NCBI RefSeq assembly: GCF_001465295.1
Contig: NZ_CP011034.1
Span: forward strand, 360,001 to 392,000
Origin: Pseudoalteromonas translucida KMM 520
Lineage (GTDB): Bacteria > Pseudomonadota > Gammaproteobacteria > Enterobacterales > Alteromonadaceae
Length of the DNA: 32,000 nt
Direction of reading: 5' to 3'
Part shown: one piece after another, positions 19,084-29,136 of the stretch
Numbering within the stretch: the first letter of the stretch is position 1
Layout: every line of letters begins with the position of its first letter
Notes under the pieces: generated by a model
The model's database searches: none
What the model saw: only the letters and a program-made list of their open reading frames with translations
What the model was told of the DNA's origin: nothing
Position numbers and translations under genes: made by a program

Positions 19084-20445
19084 TTATCTCATGGTAACAA
19101 ATTCTTCCGAACCTGTAGGGTGAATAGCAACCACTGCATCAAAATCAGCTTTAGTTGCGCCCATTTTCATGGCAACTGCAAAACCTTGAATCATTTCGTC
19201 TACAGCAAAACCTATACCATGTAAGCCGACCACTTTTTCATCTGGGCCTGCGCACACTAGCTTCATTTTACAAGGCTGGCGATGTTGCGTAACCGCGGTA
19301 TACATAGCGGCAAAAGCTGATTGGTATACTTTTACGTTTTCTGCACCGTATTGCGATATAGCTTCTTGCTCTGTTAAGCCAATAGTACCAATGGGTGGGT
19401 GACTAAATACTACCGTAGGAACTAAGCTGTAATCCATTTTTAAATCATCTGGCAGTTCTTTATTAAATAAGCGCTCAGATAAAGTACGCCCAGCTTTAAC
19501 TGCTACTGGGGTAAGCTCAATACCGTTTTCGATAATATCGCCCACAGCGTATACGTTTTTAGCGGTGGTGTTTTGGTACTCGTCTACTTTAACAAAGCCT
19601 TTGCTGTTAACTTCTACACCTGCTGCAGCAATATTAATTGCATTTGTAGTTGGCTCGCGTCCAATAGCCCAAATTACTTGGTCTACGTTATGGCTTTTAC
19701 CATTATCTAAATGCAAGGTTACTGAGCCGTCGTCTTCTTTAACCAATTTATGTGGCACAGATTCGGTATGCAAGGTAGGGCCTTCTTTTGCCATTACTTC
19801 AACTAGCGTATCGATTATATATGGGTCAAAGTTACGCAGTGGTGCGTGTTTACGCACAAATAAATGCGTGTCAGTGCCCAAGCTATGTAATACGCCTGCA
19901 AGCTCTACAGCAATGTAACCTGCGCCAATAACAGCAACGCGTTTAGGTTGCTCTTTAAGCTCAAAAAAGCCATTAGAGTCAATGCCGTGCTCAGCGCCTT
20001 CAATATTTGGAATGCTAGGACGACCGCCAACAGCAATTAAAATATGATCAGCTGTATAATGCTCACCATCTACTTCAACTGTTTTATTATCTACAAATTT
20101 AGCAAAACCTTTAATTACGGTAACGCCGTTGTTTGCAAGGCCATTATCGTAACCTTTATGGATTCGGCCAATGTAGGCTTCGCGGCTTTCTACTAATTTG
20201 CCCCAATCAAAACCTTTTACTTCAACATTAAAGCCGTAATCAGGCGCATATAAATTAATTGCTTCAGCAACTTGAGCACCATGCCACATTACTTTTTTAG
20301 GTACACATCCTACGTTTACACATGTGCCACCCATATGCTTTGCTTCAATAAGTGCTACTTTAGCGCCACGCATTGCCGCGCGGTTTGCCGACGCAATACC
20401 ACCGCTACCACCGCCAATTGCAATATAATCAAAATGCTGAGCCAT
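19084..20445 (-). CDS. gor: Glutathione-disulfide reductase
   Basis: 453 aa. [50 protein letters not shown] includes the redox-active CVNVGC and is very close to E. coli Gor. The C-terminal HPTGSEE motif is present. Confidence 0.96.
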   Translation of the reverse strand: MAQHFDYIAIGGGSGGIASANRAAMRGAKVALIEAKHMGGTCVNVGCVPKKVMWHGAQVAEAINLYAPDYGFNVEVKGFDWGKLVESREAYIGRIHKGYDNGLANNGVTVIKGFAKFVDNKTVEVDGEHYTADHILIAVGGRPSIPNIEGAEHGIDSNGFFELKEQPKRVAVIGAGYIAVELAGVLHSLGTDTHLFVRKHAPLRNFDPYIIDTLVEVMAKEGPTLHTESVPHKLVKEDDGSVTLHLDNGKSHNVDQVIWAIGREPTTNAINIAAAGVEVNSKGFVKVDEYQNTTAKNVYAVGDIIENGIELTPVAVKAGRTLSERLFNKELPDDLKMDYSLVPTVVFSHPPIGTIGLTEQEAISQYGAENVKVYQSAFAAMYTAVTQHRQPCKMKLVCAGPDEKVVGLHGIGFAVDEMIQGFAVAMKMGATKADFDAVVAIHPTGSEEFVTMR

Positions 20446-20590
20446 GTTTAATCCTCAAAGTTTATTTAACTGTATTGTGCCGATGATAGCATACGCTCAA
20501 GGCAAATTACTTAATCAGCATAGGTAAAATTATCATACACCTTGTATAAACGAAAAAGATCTCATTGCGATCATCATAAGCTTAAATGCT

Positions 20591-20618
20591 CTTGTATTTA
20601 GCCACTTTGCCCCAACTT
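20591..20618 (+). promoter_or_regulatory. Candidate sigma-32 (heat-shock) promoter for prlC
   Basis: CTTGTAT (20591-20597), a 12-nt spacer, then CCCCAACTT (20610-20618). The sigma-32 consensus is CTTGAAA-N(12-14)-CCCCATnT. It ends about 33 nt upstream of ATG 20651. Confidence 0.4.
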
Positions 20619-20650
20619 TAATTCTTATAATGCACAAATTTGAGATAAAT

Positions 20651-22702
20651 ATGACCAATGCAAACACTAACCCATTAATTGGGCTTGAAGGCTTACCGCC
20701 ATTTTCAAAAATAAAGCCAGTGCACGTAGTGCCAGCACTAAAGCACGGGATTGAGCAGTGCCGCCAAGCCATTGAAGATGTGCTTGCTAAAAAATCATAC
20801 ACTTGGAACGATTTAGTACTGCCACTAGAGGAAGCCGATGATAAATTATCACGGATGTTTTCGCCGGTATCACATTTAAACTCAGTAATGAATAACGACG
20901 AACTACGTGAACAATACGAGCAATGTTTACCACTTATTTCTGAGTACTCAACTTTTGTAGGACAGCATCAAGGCTTATTTGCAGCTTACAACGCGTTATA
21001 TAACAGTGATGAATTTAAAACCCTCACTACCGCTCAGCAAAAGTCGATTACGAATGCACTTCGCGATTTTAAATTATCGGGCATTGCACTAGAGCCTGCG
21101 CAGCAAAAGCGTTACGGCGAAATTAGCGCGCGTTTATCAGAGCTGGCCTCTAAGTTTGGTAACAATGTTATGGATGCCACATTGGCTTGGCATAAACACA
21201 TTACCGATGAAAGTGAACTGGCTGGTTTACCAGAGTCGGCGCTGGCTTTAGCTGCCGATACCGCAAAAAGTAAAGAATTAGACGGCTGGGTATTTACGCT
21301 CGATTTTCCATCGTACTTACCTATTATGACCTACGCCGATAATCGCGAATTACGCGAAGAAACATATACAGCGTTTTCTACACGTGCGTCTGATCAGGGC
21401 CCTAATGCGGGTGAATTTGATAACTCAGCAATTATGAGCGAAGAGCTAGCGCTACGTCATGAACTAGCACAGTTGCTTGGCTTTAATAGCTACGCTGAAA
21501 AGTCACTTGCCACTAAAATGGCTGAGACACCTGCACAAGTATTCTCATTTTTAGAAGACCTAGCTGCTAAATCAAAACCACAAGCAGAGCAAGAACTTGC
21601 GGAGCTACAAGCTTACGCAGAGAAAAAGCACGGTATTACCGAACTAGCAGCGTGGGATTTTGGTTATTACGGCGAAAAGCTCAAGCAAGACAAATACGCC
21701 ATTTCAGACGAAGTACTGCGCCCGTATTTTCCAGCTAATAAAGTATTAAGTGGTTTGTTTGAAACGGTTAACCGTTTATTTGGCATTAGCGTAAAAGAAG
21801 TCAGTGATTTTGACAGCTACCACAAAGATGTACGCTTTTTTGAAATATACGACAGCAGCAATACATTACGTGGCCGTTTTTATCTCGACTTATATGCTCG
21901 CGATCATAAACGTGGTGGCGCATGGATGGACGACTGCATGGGGCGTAAAGTACGCGCTAGCGGCGAATTGCAAACCCCAGTGGCGTATTTAGTTTGTAAC
22001 TTTAACAAGGCAATAGGTGATAAACCGGCCTTGTTTACTCATAACGAAGTAACCACTTTATTCCATGAGTTTGGCCATGGTATTCATCATATGCTAACTC
22101 AGGTAGATGCAGCTCCTGTTGCGGGCATTAACGGCGTTGCATGGGATGCGGTAGAGCTACCAAGTCAGTTTTTAGAAAACTGGTGCTACGAAGAGCAAGC
22201 ACTTAGCTTTATTTCAGGGCATTACGAAACCGGCGAGCCACTACCTAAAGAGCTACTAGATAAGTTATTAGCAGCTAAAAACTATAACTCAGGCATGCAA
22301 ATGCTGCGTCAGTTAGAGTTTTCGTTATTCGACTTTAAAATACATAACGACTACGTAGCTGGTGAGCCATGTAATATTCAAGCTGTGCTTAACGACGTGC
22401 GTAGCCGCACCTCGGTGATTAAAGCGCCAGAATTTAACCGTTTTCAGCATGGCTTTAGCCATATTTTTGCCGGTGGTTATAGCGCAGGCTATTACTCGTA
22501 TAAATGGGCAGAAGTACTCTCTGCCGATGCTTATTCTAAATTTGAAGAAGAGGGCATTTTTAACCCAGAAACGGGGCGAGCATTTATGCAGCACATCCTA
22601 GAAAAAGGCGGCAGCGAAGAGCCAATGGAATTATTTAAAAACTTCCGTGGTCGCGAGCCAAATGTTGACGCATTACTTCGCCACAGCGGTATTGCTGCCT
22701 AA
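20651..22702 (+). CDS. prlC: Oligopeptidase A (M3 family zinc metallopeptidase)
   Basis: MTNANTNPLIGLEGLPPFSKIKPVHVVPA aligns with the E. coli OpdA N-terminus (MTNPLLTSFSLPPFSAIKPEHVVPA). The HEFGH zinc motif is present. I prefer the start at 20651 over the ORF-track 20630. Confidence 0.95.
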   Translation: MTNANTNPLIGLEGLPPFSKIKPVHVVPALKHGIEQCRQAIEDVLAKKSYTWNDLVLPLEEADDKLSRMFSPVSHLNSVMNNDELREQYEQCLPLISEYSTFVGQHQGLFAAYNALYNSDEFKTLTTAQQKSITNALRDFKLSGIALEPAQQKRYGEISARLSELASKFGNNVMDATLAWHKHITDESELAGLPESALALAADTAKSKELDGWVFTLDFPSYLPIMTYADNRELREETYTAFSTRASDQGPNAGEFDNSAIMSEELALRHELAQLLGFNSYAEKSLATKMAETPAQVFSFLEDLAAKSKPQAEQELAELQAYAEKKHGITELAAWDFGYYGEKLKQDKYAISDEVLRPYFPANKVLSGLFETVNRLFGISVKEVSDFDSYHKDVRFFEIYDSSNTLRGRFYLDLYARDHKRGGAWMDDCMGRKVRASGELQTPVAYLVCNFNKAIGDKPALFTHNEVTTLFHEFGHGIHHMLTQVDAAPVAGINGVAWDAVELPSQFLENWCYEEQALSFISGHYETGEPLPKELLDKLLAAKNYNSGMQMLRQLEFSLFDFKIHNDYVAGEPCNIQAVLNDVRSRTSVIKAPEFNRFQHGFSHIFAGGYSAGYYSYKWAEVLSADAYSKFEEEGIFNPETGRAFMQHILEKGGSEEPMELFKNFRGREPNVDALLRHSGIAA

Positions 22703-22747
22703 AGTATAGAGTTAACTCTATATACTTTTAGCTACTCACAAACACAT

Positions 22748-22785
22748 AGCGCTCAGTTTTCATTGCAAAACTGAGCGCTTTTTTA
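22748..22785 (+). terminator. Rho-independent terminator of prlC
   Basis: Perfect 13-bp stem AGCGCTCAGTTTT (22748-22760) / AAAACTGAGCGCT (22767-22779) followed by TTTTTT. It is preceded by a smaller palindrome, GAGTTAACTC, right after the stop. Confidence 0.9.
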
Positions 22786-22906
22786 CAGCATCTGAACTTT
22801 AATTACTCTCGACTTTAAGACTATTGTTTTCCTTTCATTGCTATTTTAATGCTTTAAACTAAGGCGCTTGATATACTGAAAAAGTATTTTATCGTCGGAG
22901 TGTAGA

Positions 22907-23668
22907 GTGGTTATTAAGTGTGCCTTTAAAGAGTGCCGTCCTTATTTAAATGAGTTAGAAACACGTTTTGGCTTAGCCCATTGGGCAGAGCAAAGCAGTG
23001 GTTTTAGCCTGCATTACGATGATACAGGCTTGAGCTTATATAAAACCGATGAGCCTAAACTGGGCGCAATAAGCGTTGACTTTGTTACGGGCGCTGCAGC
23101 GCACAGACGAAAGTTTGGCGGCGGTAAAGGCCAAGCAATTGCCAAAGCAGTAGGCTTAAATAAAGGGGCGACTCCGGTAGTTCTCGACGCCACTGCAGGG
23201 CTGGGGCGTGATGGTTTTGTGCTAGCGTCGCTTGGTTGTAAAGTTATATTGCACGAACGCCACCCCGTAGTTGCAGCACTTTTATACGATGGTCTGCAGC
23301 GCGCTTACAACGATATTGAAATTGGCCCGTGGATGCAGCAAAACATGAGCCTCATATTTGGCTCAAGTCATACCTTACTTGCTCAATGCGAAAGTATGCC
23401 AGACGTAGTTTACTTAGATCCTATGTTTCCGCACCGCGAAAAATCAGCCTTAGTTAAAAAAGAAATGCGCGTATTTCAAGACTTAGTAGGCGCCGACACC
23501 GACGCCGACGATTTACTCGAATTTGCTTATCCGCTTGCAAGTAAACGCGTGGTAGTAAAGCGCCCCGACTATGCCCCTTTTTTAAACGAAAAAACTCCCA
23601 GCATGCAAATAAAAACGAAAAAAAACCGCTTTGATGTATACGTAAAAGCTGCGATGGTAAAAGCTTAA
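22907..23668 (+). CDS. rsmJ: 16S rRNA (guanine1516-N2)-methyltransferase
   Basis: 253 aa. [59 protein letters not shown] and [12 protein letters not shown] are collinear with E. coli RsmJ (YhiQ). GTG start with a GGAG SD 6 nt upstream. It lies downstream of prlC, as in E. coli. Confidence 0.9.
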   Translation: MVIKCAFKECRPYLNELETRFGLAHWAEQSSGFSLHYDDTGLSLYKTDEPKLGAISVDFVTGAAAHRRKFGGGKGQAIAKAVGLNKGATPVVLDATAGLGRDGFVLASLGCKVILHERHPVVAALLYDGLQRAYNDIEIGPWMQQNMSLIFGSSHTLLAQCESMPDVVYLDPMFPHREKSALVKKEMRVFQDLVGADTDADDLLEFAYPLASKRVVVKRPDYAPFLNEKTPSMQIKTKKNRFDVYVKAAMVKA

Positions 23669-23706
23669 GGCTCAGCGTTAGCAGCGTATTATCGTAGCTG
23701 TCGATG

Positions 23707-23748
23707 CAACCATAGAGTGACATAATACAACCATACTGTGACATAATG
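23707..23748. repeat. Two tandem 21-nt repeats just downstream of rsmJ
   Basis: CAACCATAGAGTGACATAATA (23707-23727) and CAACCATACTGTGACATAATG (23728-23748) match at 18 of 21 positions. Confidence 0.8.
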
Positions 23749-23770
23749 TGAATATATCCTGGGGTTAGCT

Positions 23771-23883
23771 ACATTAGGACTAGGTCGAAATTAGCCACGG
23801 TCAGTGTTTAGGTTGTGCGTAGGCGGGGCTTAATGCCGTGCTTATTAAAGAGCAGGCTTTTACTAACCGCTGCAATTTACTCT
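23771..23883. repeat. Short copy of a dispersed structured intergenic element (homologous to 31647-31838)
   Basis: A 60-nt ungapped alignment of 23782-23841 against 31680-31739 gives 43/60 matches. This includes GAAATTAGCCA and GGGCTTAATG exact blocks at the same spacing. There is looser similarity at the right end (TTTAC.TAA.CC...ACTCTTTA). Confidence 0.45.
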
Positions 23884-24624
23884 TTAGCGCTTCTCTGCTA
23901 GTTGTATATATTTACGCTCTACCAGCTTAGATACGGGTACTAATTCAAAACCTTGTTTGCTGAGCTGTGGTAAAGCGTGGCGTAAAAATGCGATTGTTTC
24001 AGGGTAGGGGTGGGCAATTGCAATGGCAAACTTATGCTCAGTAGCGTGTTGTTTTAGCTCATCTAGGCGCAGTTGCAACTGTTCTGGCGTGGTTATGTTA
24101 TCTAAAAAAATATGACGGCCAATATTTTCAACACCTAAAAAGTTAGCGGCATTTTGTGCCTGGCTTAATTCAGTGGTGCGGCTATCTAAAAAGTACAAAT
24201 GTCGCTTTTTAAGCACTTCCATTATCCACCGCATAGCTTGGCTTTGCTGGGTGAGCGCCGAACCCATGTGATTATTAACCCCTTTAACTTGCGGTAAACT
24301 GGCCAAAGCAGTGCCAAGTATTTGCTGTATCTGCTCTTTATTCATATTTAACGTAAGTGCGCCTGGGCCAAGCTCCTTACCGTTAAGTGCTTGCATGGGA
24401 ATATGCAGTAATAACTCTTTATCTGTTTTACTGGCTAAAGTGGCAAAAGCTTGTGCATAAGGCGTGTGAGGCAAAATTGAATACGACACTTGGCCGGGCA
24501 AAGTTAACAGTTCTAAATCCCTCTGGTGATAACCTATGTCGTCTATTACTATCGCTATTTGCTTGGCTTTAGCATTGAGTGACACAAAACCAAGCATCAA
24601 TATCAGCCCTATTATTACTTTCAT
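23884..24624 (-). CDS. yibQ: Divergent polysaccharide deacetylase family protein (YibQ-like)
   Basis: 246 aa with a signal peptide MKVIIGLILMLGFVSLNAKA. It has YibQ-type motifs IAIVIDDIGY, LPHTPY and NNHMGS. It is the last gene of the gpmI-envC-ctpA-yibQ cluster. Confidence 0.85.
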   Translation of the reverse strand: MKVIIGLILMLGFVSLNAKAKQIAIVIDDIGYHQRDLELLTLPGQVSYSILPHTPYAQAFATLASKTDKELLLHIPMQALNGKELGPGALTLNMNKEQIQQILGTALASLPQVKGVNNHMGSALTQQSQAMRWIMEVLKKRHLYFLDSRTTELSQAQNAANFLGVENIGRHIFLDNITTPEQLQLRLDELKQHATEHKFAIAIAHPYPETIAFLRHALPQLSKQGFELVPVSKLVERKYIQLAEKR

Positions 24625-24696
24625 CTTTATCGCTTTTTATATTTATAGTTTTTATTATTTTTAGAGCTTATTAACTTAACCTCAGTAAGGCTAAAG

Positions 24697-25962
24697 TTAT
24701 TGCAGGTTAAGTAACTGTTTAGCTTTTACTAATTGTAAATCAGCTACCTTGCTGGCTAGTTGAGTTTGTTTACCTTTAGCTTGCTGGTTTTTGATTATAA
24801 CGGCTTTATCACTTTGTGAAAGGGTTGTTTGATTAATCGCCACGTCGGGCGTAATACCAACACCCTCGATTGATTTCCCCAAAGGAGTGAAGTACTTAGC
24901 TGTAGTGAGCTTTAATGCAGTGCTGCCATCACCAAGTGGAATAAGCGATTGCACTGAGCCTTTACCAAAAGATTGGCTGCCAACAACCTTGGCGCGGTTA
25001 TTATCTTTTAATGCAGCAGCTAATATTTCGGCTGCTGATGCCGAGTTTTCGTTAATAAGCACTACAATAGGAGCGCCTTTTAAAATGTCTCCGTGTTTGG
25101 CATAAAAATCTTTATTTGCCTCGTTATAGCGCCCTTTAGTAGTAACAATCGTGCCGCTTTGTAAAAACAGATCCGACACCGCAACAGCGCTTGTAAGTGT
25201 GCCGCCGGGATTGTCACGTAAATCAATAACAAGGCCTTTAAGTGGGTGCCCAAAGTGATTTTGCATGGCCGCTATTTGCAAAGCAACTTCATGTAAAGTG
25301 TGGTTAGAAAAACTATTGATAGCTAAATAACCGCGGCCAAAATCTAAACCTTGACTAGTAACGCTTTCGAGTTTTATTTTACGGCGGCTCACATTAAAAT
25401 TAAGTGGTTGCGGTTGGTTATCACGTTTAATGGTTAAGCTAATATTACTAAGTTTGCTGGCTGTTATTAGCTGAGCAACATGCTCTACGGAGCTGTGTTG
25501 TGTTGTTTGATTATTAACGTTAATAATAATGTCACCGGCCATAATCCCAGCACTTTTAGCAGGTGAGTTATTCACTACATTTACAATGGTCACGTTATTA
25601 TTTATTTTTTTAACCTCAATACCTAAACCGGTATAGCGGCCATTAGTGTTATCAAATAAAGCATTTAATTCGTGTTCATCAAGGTATTTAGAATAGGGAT
25701 CGAGCTGGGCATATAAATGCGCAAATTGCTGGTTGTTATAGTTAGTATGTGTGGTGTTTAGTAGTGCAAGATCTTCAACGTAGTAGGTATGAATGTTAAA
25801 TAGGATTTCTGTTATTTGTTGTTTTTTTAATTCTTTAATCGAACTAGAAAACACATTTGCTGAAAAGCTAATAACAATAAATAGAACAAGTAAATACAGG
25901 CTCAAGCTAAGCGTAAAGCCTGTATTTTTAAACCATTTTGCTAGGGTGCTTTTTTTGTCCAT
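24697..25962 (-). CDS. ctpA: S41 family C-terminal processing peptidase
   Basis: It has a PDZ-like region GLGIEV...SPAKSAGIMAGDII, a catalytic Ser context NENSASAAEILA and a Lys context SFGKGSVQ. I place the start at ATG 25962, which has a GGAG SD 6 nt upstream, rather than TTG 25974. Confidence 0.9.
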   Translation of the reverse strand: MDKKSTLAKWFKNTGFTLSLSLYLLVLFIVISFSANVFSSSIKELKKQQITEILFNIHTYYVEDLALLNTTHTNYNNQQFAHLYAQLDPYSKYLDEHELNALFDNTNGRYTGLGIEVKKINNNVTIVNVVNNSPAKSAGIMAGDIIINVNNQTTQHSSVEHVAQLITASKLSNISLTIKRDNQPQPLNFNVSRRKIKLESVTSQGLDFGRGYLAINSFSNHTLHEVALQIAAMQNHFGHPLKGLVIDLRDNPGGTLTSAVAVSDLFLQSGTIVTTKGRYNEANKDFYAKHGDILKGAPIVVLINENSASAAEILAAALKDNNRAKVVGSQSFGKGSVQSLIPLGDGSTALKLTTAKYFTPLGKSIEGVGITPDVAINQTTLSQSDKAVIIKNQQAKGKQTQLASKVADLQLVKAKQLLNLQ

Positions 25963-26030
25963 CGGCTGCTCCAATACGGCGCAGCGGTTAATTTATACCA
26001 ATGGCATGTTTTTAATAAGATTGGTATTTG

Positions 26031-27173
26031 CTAAATGCGTTTGCACCATTTTTCAGGATTTACTGCACGCCCTTTATGGCGCATTTCAAAGTATAGACCA
26101 GAACTTGCCTGCCCGCCGCTTTGGCCAACTAGCGCTACAGTTTCGCCTTCTCTTACCATGTCGCCAACATCTTTCAATAAGGTTTGTGCATGGCCATAAA
26201 GACTCATAAAGCCCTCACCATGGTCAACTACAATTACCCATCCGTAGCCCTTTAACCAATCGGCAAATACCACTTGGCCGTTATGAACACTGTTAATATT
26301 GCTGCCTTCTTTTGCGCCAATTAATACGCCTTTCCAGTCAATACCACCGTGTTTTCGTTGTCCAAAAGTGTGTTCTAACTTACCTCGGCTTGGCCAGTTA
26401 AGCTTGCCTTTGCTGTTATTGAGGCCGAGTAATTCAACTTTTTTATTTTTTTCTTTCTCTAGCTCTTCAATAGTTGTGATCAGCGTTTGCTGGTTTTCTT
26501 TTAAATAGTTAATTGAACTTTTGGTGCTGTTTAGCTGTGTCTGTAAATTTTTTAAATTGGCTTGGCGTTCGCTTTGAGCACTAACTAATGCGGTTTGGCG
26601 TCTTTTTTGTTCATCATGCAGGTTTACTAGTTTTTGCTTTGTTTTAGCCAGTTCAGCCTGGTTTTGCGCTATTTGTAACTGCAGCGCTTTTAGCTCTTCG
26701 AGTTGTTCAATACGGGCTTTATTTAAATAATTATAATAGCTTAGAGTGCGCTCAAACTTAGCTGTGTCTTCTTGGTTGAGCAGCATTTTTGCATAGTCAT
26801 CGTCGCCACCGGCCATATAAGCACTTTTAAGTTGCGCAGCTAATGCGTGTTGAAACTGTGCATGTTGTTGTTCAAGCTGATCGGCTTTTTGTTGTTGCAG
26901 TTGTTGCTGTTGTTCGGTTTTTTTAACCGACTGCTCAGCCATATTTAAGGCTTTGGCGTTTTTAGCTATGTCGAGTTCGTGCTGTTGTAGATTTTTTTGT
27001 AGTTTGGCAATTTTTTTGCGTTGCGCGTTGTATTCCGATTGGCTTTGCTTTAGTGCCGTTTGTACTTCGCTGAGATCTTTTTTGGTACGATCTTCATTAG
27101 CGACTGCAGTTGCAGTCGCTAAAAAAGTCAGTATTAAAATTAGCTTAGTAACGCTATTAATACATGTATGCAT
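26031..27173 (-). CDS. envC: Murein hydrolase activator EnvC (coiled coil plus LytM/M23 domain)
   Basis: 380 aa with a signal peptide and a long Q/K/E-rich coiled coil. The C-terminal M23 domain is GIDWKG...GQVVFADWLKGYGWVIVVDHGEGFMSLYGH...GLYFEMRHKGRAVNP. The start lies 3 nt after the gpmI stop. Confidence 0.88.
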   Translation of the reverse strand: MHTCINSVTKLILILTFLATATAVANEDRTKKDLSEVQTALKQSQSEYNAQRKKIAKLQKNLQQHELDIAKNAKALNMAEQSVKKTEQQQQLQQQKADQLEQQHAQFQHALAAQLKSAYMAGGDDDYAKMLLNQEDTAKFERTLSYYNYLNKARIEQLEELKALQLQIAQNQAELAKTKQKLVNLHDEQKRRQTALVSAQSERQANLKNLQTQLNSTKSSINYLKENQQTLITTIEELEKEKNKKVELLGLNNSKGKLNWPSRGKLEHTFGQRKHGGIDWKGVLIGAKEGSNINSVHNGQVVFADWLKGYGWVIVVDHGEGFMSLYGHAQTLLKDVGDMVREGETVALVGQSGGQASSGLYFEMRHKGRAVNPEKWCKRI

Positions 27174-27176
27174 AAA

Positions 27177-28721
27177 TTATTTCAACGTCATGATAGGTTT
27201 GCCTGTCATTTCAGTTGGCTGCTCCATGCCCATTAAGTGCAGCATAGTAGGCGCTACATCGCTAAGTGCTTTACCCTCAGAAGGTGTTGCATCGCGGCCC
27301 ACGTAAATAAATGGCACTGGCTCGCTAGTATGTGCAGTATGGGCTTGGCCTGTTTTAAGGTTGGCCATTTGCTCAGCATTACCATGGTCGGCAGTAATAA
27401 GCGCTTCACCGCCATATTCGTTAAGTGCTGCTACTACGCGACCAATACAGTGATCAACTGCTTCGCAGGCTTTAACTGCCGCTGAAAATACACCAGAGTG
27501 ACCCACCATATCGCCGTTAGGGTAGTTACAAATAATAGCGTCGTATTTACCACTTTTAATTGCCGCAACGAGTTTGTCGGTAAGCATTTCTGAGTTCATT
27601 TCGGGCTGCAAATCGTAGGTTGCAACTTGAGGTGAAGGAATAAGTTCGCGGGTTTCACCGTTAAATTCGTCTTCGCGGCCACCACTAAAGAAAAACGTAA
27701 CGTGAGCATATTTTTCAGTTTCAGAAATACGTAGTTGAGTTTTACCGTGTTTTTCAAACCATTCGCCAAGTACGTTTACCAGTGGCGTAGGGCCAAATGC
27801 AACTGGAGCGTCTATATCTGCAGCGTATTCGGTCATCATTACAAATGCGCTAAGGGCAGGCGACTTTTGTTTGGCAAAACCGTCAAAGTTAGGCTCAACA
27901 AATGCACGTGTAATTTCACGGGCGCGATCGGCTCTAAAGTTAGCAAATATAACCGTGTCGCCATCGTTAATTTGTACCGGCTCTGCGCCTGTAGGAGTAA
28001 TGGTGCTTGCGGCTACAAATTCATCGTTTTCGTCGCGCTCATAAGCGGCTTCAAGTGCGCTTACGCCAGTAGGGAAGCTAAAGTCGCCTTGTGCTAACGT
28101 AAGTAAGTTATAGGCTTTTTCTACGCGGTTCCAGCGGTTGTCTCTGTCCATTGCGTAATAACGGCCAATTAGCGATGCTAAGCGGCCACATTGTAGCTTT
28201 GCAAATACCGCTTCAATGCGTTCAATAGAAGCTTTTGCACTGCGTGGAGGTGTGTCGCGGCCATCTAAAAAGCCATGAAAGTACACCTCTTTTGCACCGC
28301 GTTTTGCAGCAAGTTCAATACTTGCCACAATATGATCTTCGTGGCTGTGTACGCCGCCTGGGCTTAATAGCCCCATAATGTGCACGGCTTTATCTGCATT
28401 TACGGCTTTATCTATGTTATCGACTAGTGCAGGGGTAGAGTCAAACTCGCCATCGTTTATCGCTTTTGTTATACGAGTAAAGTCTTGATAAACAACGCGC
28501 CCAGCGCCTAAATTAACGTGGCCAACTTCAGAGTTGCCCATTTGACCATCAGGAAGGCCTACATCAAAACCCGAAGCTGAAATTAATGTGCGCGGGCGGG
28601 TGGCCCATAATTCATCTAATACAGGGGTATTTGCAGCTAGAATCGCATTACTTTGCTCATCTTCGCGGTATCCCCAGCCATCTAAAATCATTAATACCAG
28701 TGGTTTTTTATGCTCTGACAT
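27177..28721 (-). CDS. gpmI: 2,3-bisphosphoglycerate-independent phosphoglycerate mutase
   Basis: It is collinear with E. coli GpmM throughout ([44 protein letters not shown]). I place the start at ATG 28721, which has a GAGGAG SD 5 nt upstream, rather than GTG 28727. Confidence 0.96.
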   Translation of the reverse strand: MSEHKKPLVLMILDGWGYREDEQSNAILAANTPVLDELWATRPRTLISASGFDVGLPDGQMGNSEVGHVNLGAGRVVYQDFTRITKAINDGEFDSTPALVDNIDKAVNADKAVHIMGLLSPGGVHSHEDHIVASIELAAKRGAKEVYFHGFLDGRDTPPRSAKASIERIEAVFAKLQCGRLASLIGRYYAMDRDNRWNRVEKAYNLLTLAQGDFSFPTGVSALEAAYERDENDEFVAASTITPTGAEPVQINDGDTVIFANFRADRAREITRAFVEPNFDGFAKQKSPALSAFVMMTEYAADIDAPVAFGPTPLVNVLGEWFEKHGKTQLRISETEKYAHVTFFFSGGREDEFNGETRELIPSPQVATYDLQPEMNSEMLTDKLVAAIKSGKYDAIICNYPNGDMVGHSGVFSAAVKACEAVDHCIGRVVAALNEYGGEALITADHGNAEQMANLKTGQAHTAHTSEPVPFIYVGRDATPSEGKALSDVAPTMLHLMGMEQPTEMTGKPIMTLK

Positions 28722-28825
28722 AGTCACTCCTCAAGGTTAACGTTGCGATAAAACACGCTAACATTACCGCTAACATGCTGATGCTAAGCATACCGTGTTT
28801 CACAGCTAGGATCAGCAATCAAAAT

Positions 28826-28851
28826 AAGATATTAAAACTTTTTAATATCTT
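28826..28851. promoter_or_regulatory. Perfect 12+12 bp AT-rich palindrome (candidate operator) upstream of gpmI
   Basis: AAGATATTAAAA (28826-28837), CT, TTTTAATATCTT (28840-28851). It lies about 105 nt upstream of the gpmI ATG. Confidence 0.35.
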
Positions 28852-29121
28852 GCTAAAAATTAACAACAAGCTGTTACTTTGTTCTTACTAAAAGCACCTC
28901 GTAAAAGCGTATTATACTTTGCCTTAACTCGCATTTTTAGCTGATTTGGGTATACTTGCGCAGCTAATACCAATTTTATTAAAAACATGTACATTCTAGC
29001 TGATTAAATAGCTCACTAACTGCGTTAAAAATAACTTATATAGAACAACTATATATCATCATTTTTTACTTGTTATTGACCCATTTTATTGACGCTATAA
29101 TAGCCCATTAATTTAATGCAA

Positions 29122-29136
29122 TTGGTATAATACCAA
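29122..29136. promoter_or_regulatory. Palindrome TTGGTAT-A-ATACCAA containing an extended -10-like TGGTATAAT
   Basis: TGnTATAAT matches at 29123-29131 on the plus strand, and TGGTATTAT reads on the minus strand. Its half-site AATTGGTAT recurs at 29282-29290 and, inverted, at 28966-28974. Confidence 0.3.

Noticed and set aside
18959-19087. A 9-bp inverted repeat, ATAACAGCT / AGCTGTTAT, bracketing the mscS-gor spacer, considered as a possible element boundary.
   Set aside because: It is only 9 bp, one arm overlaps the gor stop codon, and there is no other mobile-element hallmark. This is compatible with chance.
23454-23744. A 96-aa minus-strand ORF spanning the rsmJ 3' end and the spacer.
   Set aside because: Its N-terminus (MSQYGCIMSLYGCI) is simply the translation of the 21-nt tandem repeat, and the rest is antisense to rsmJ.
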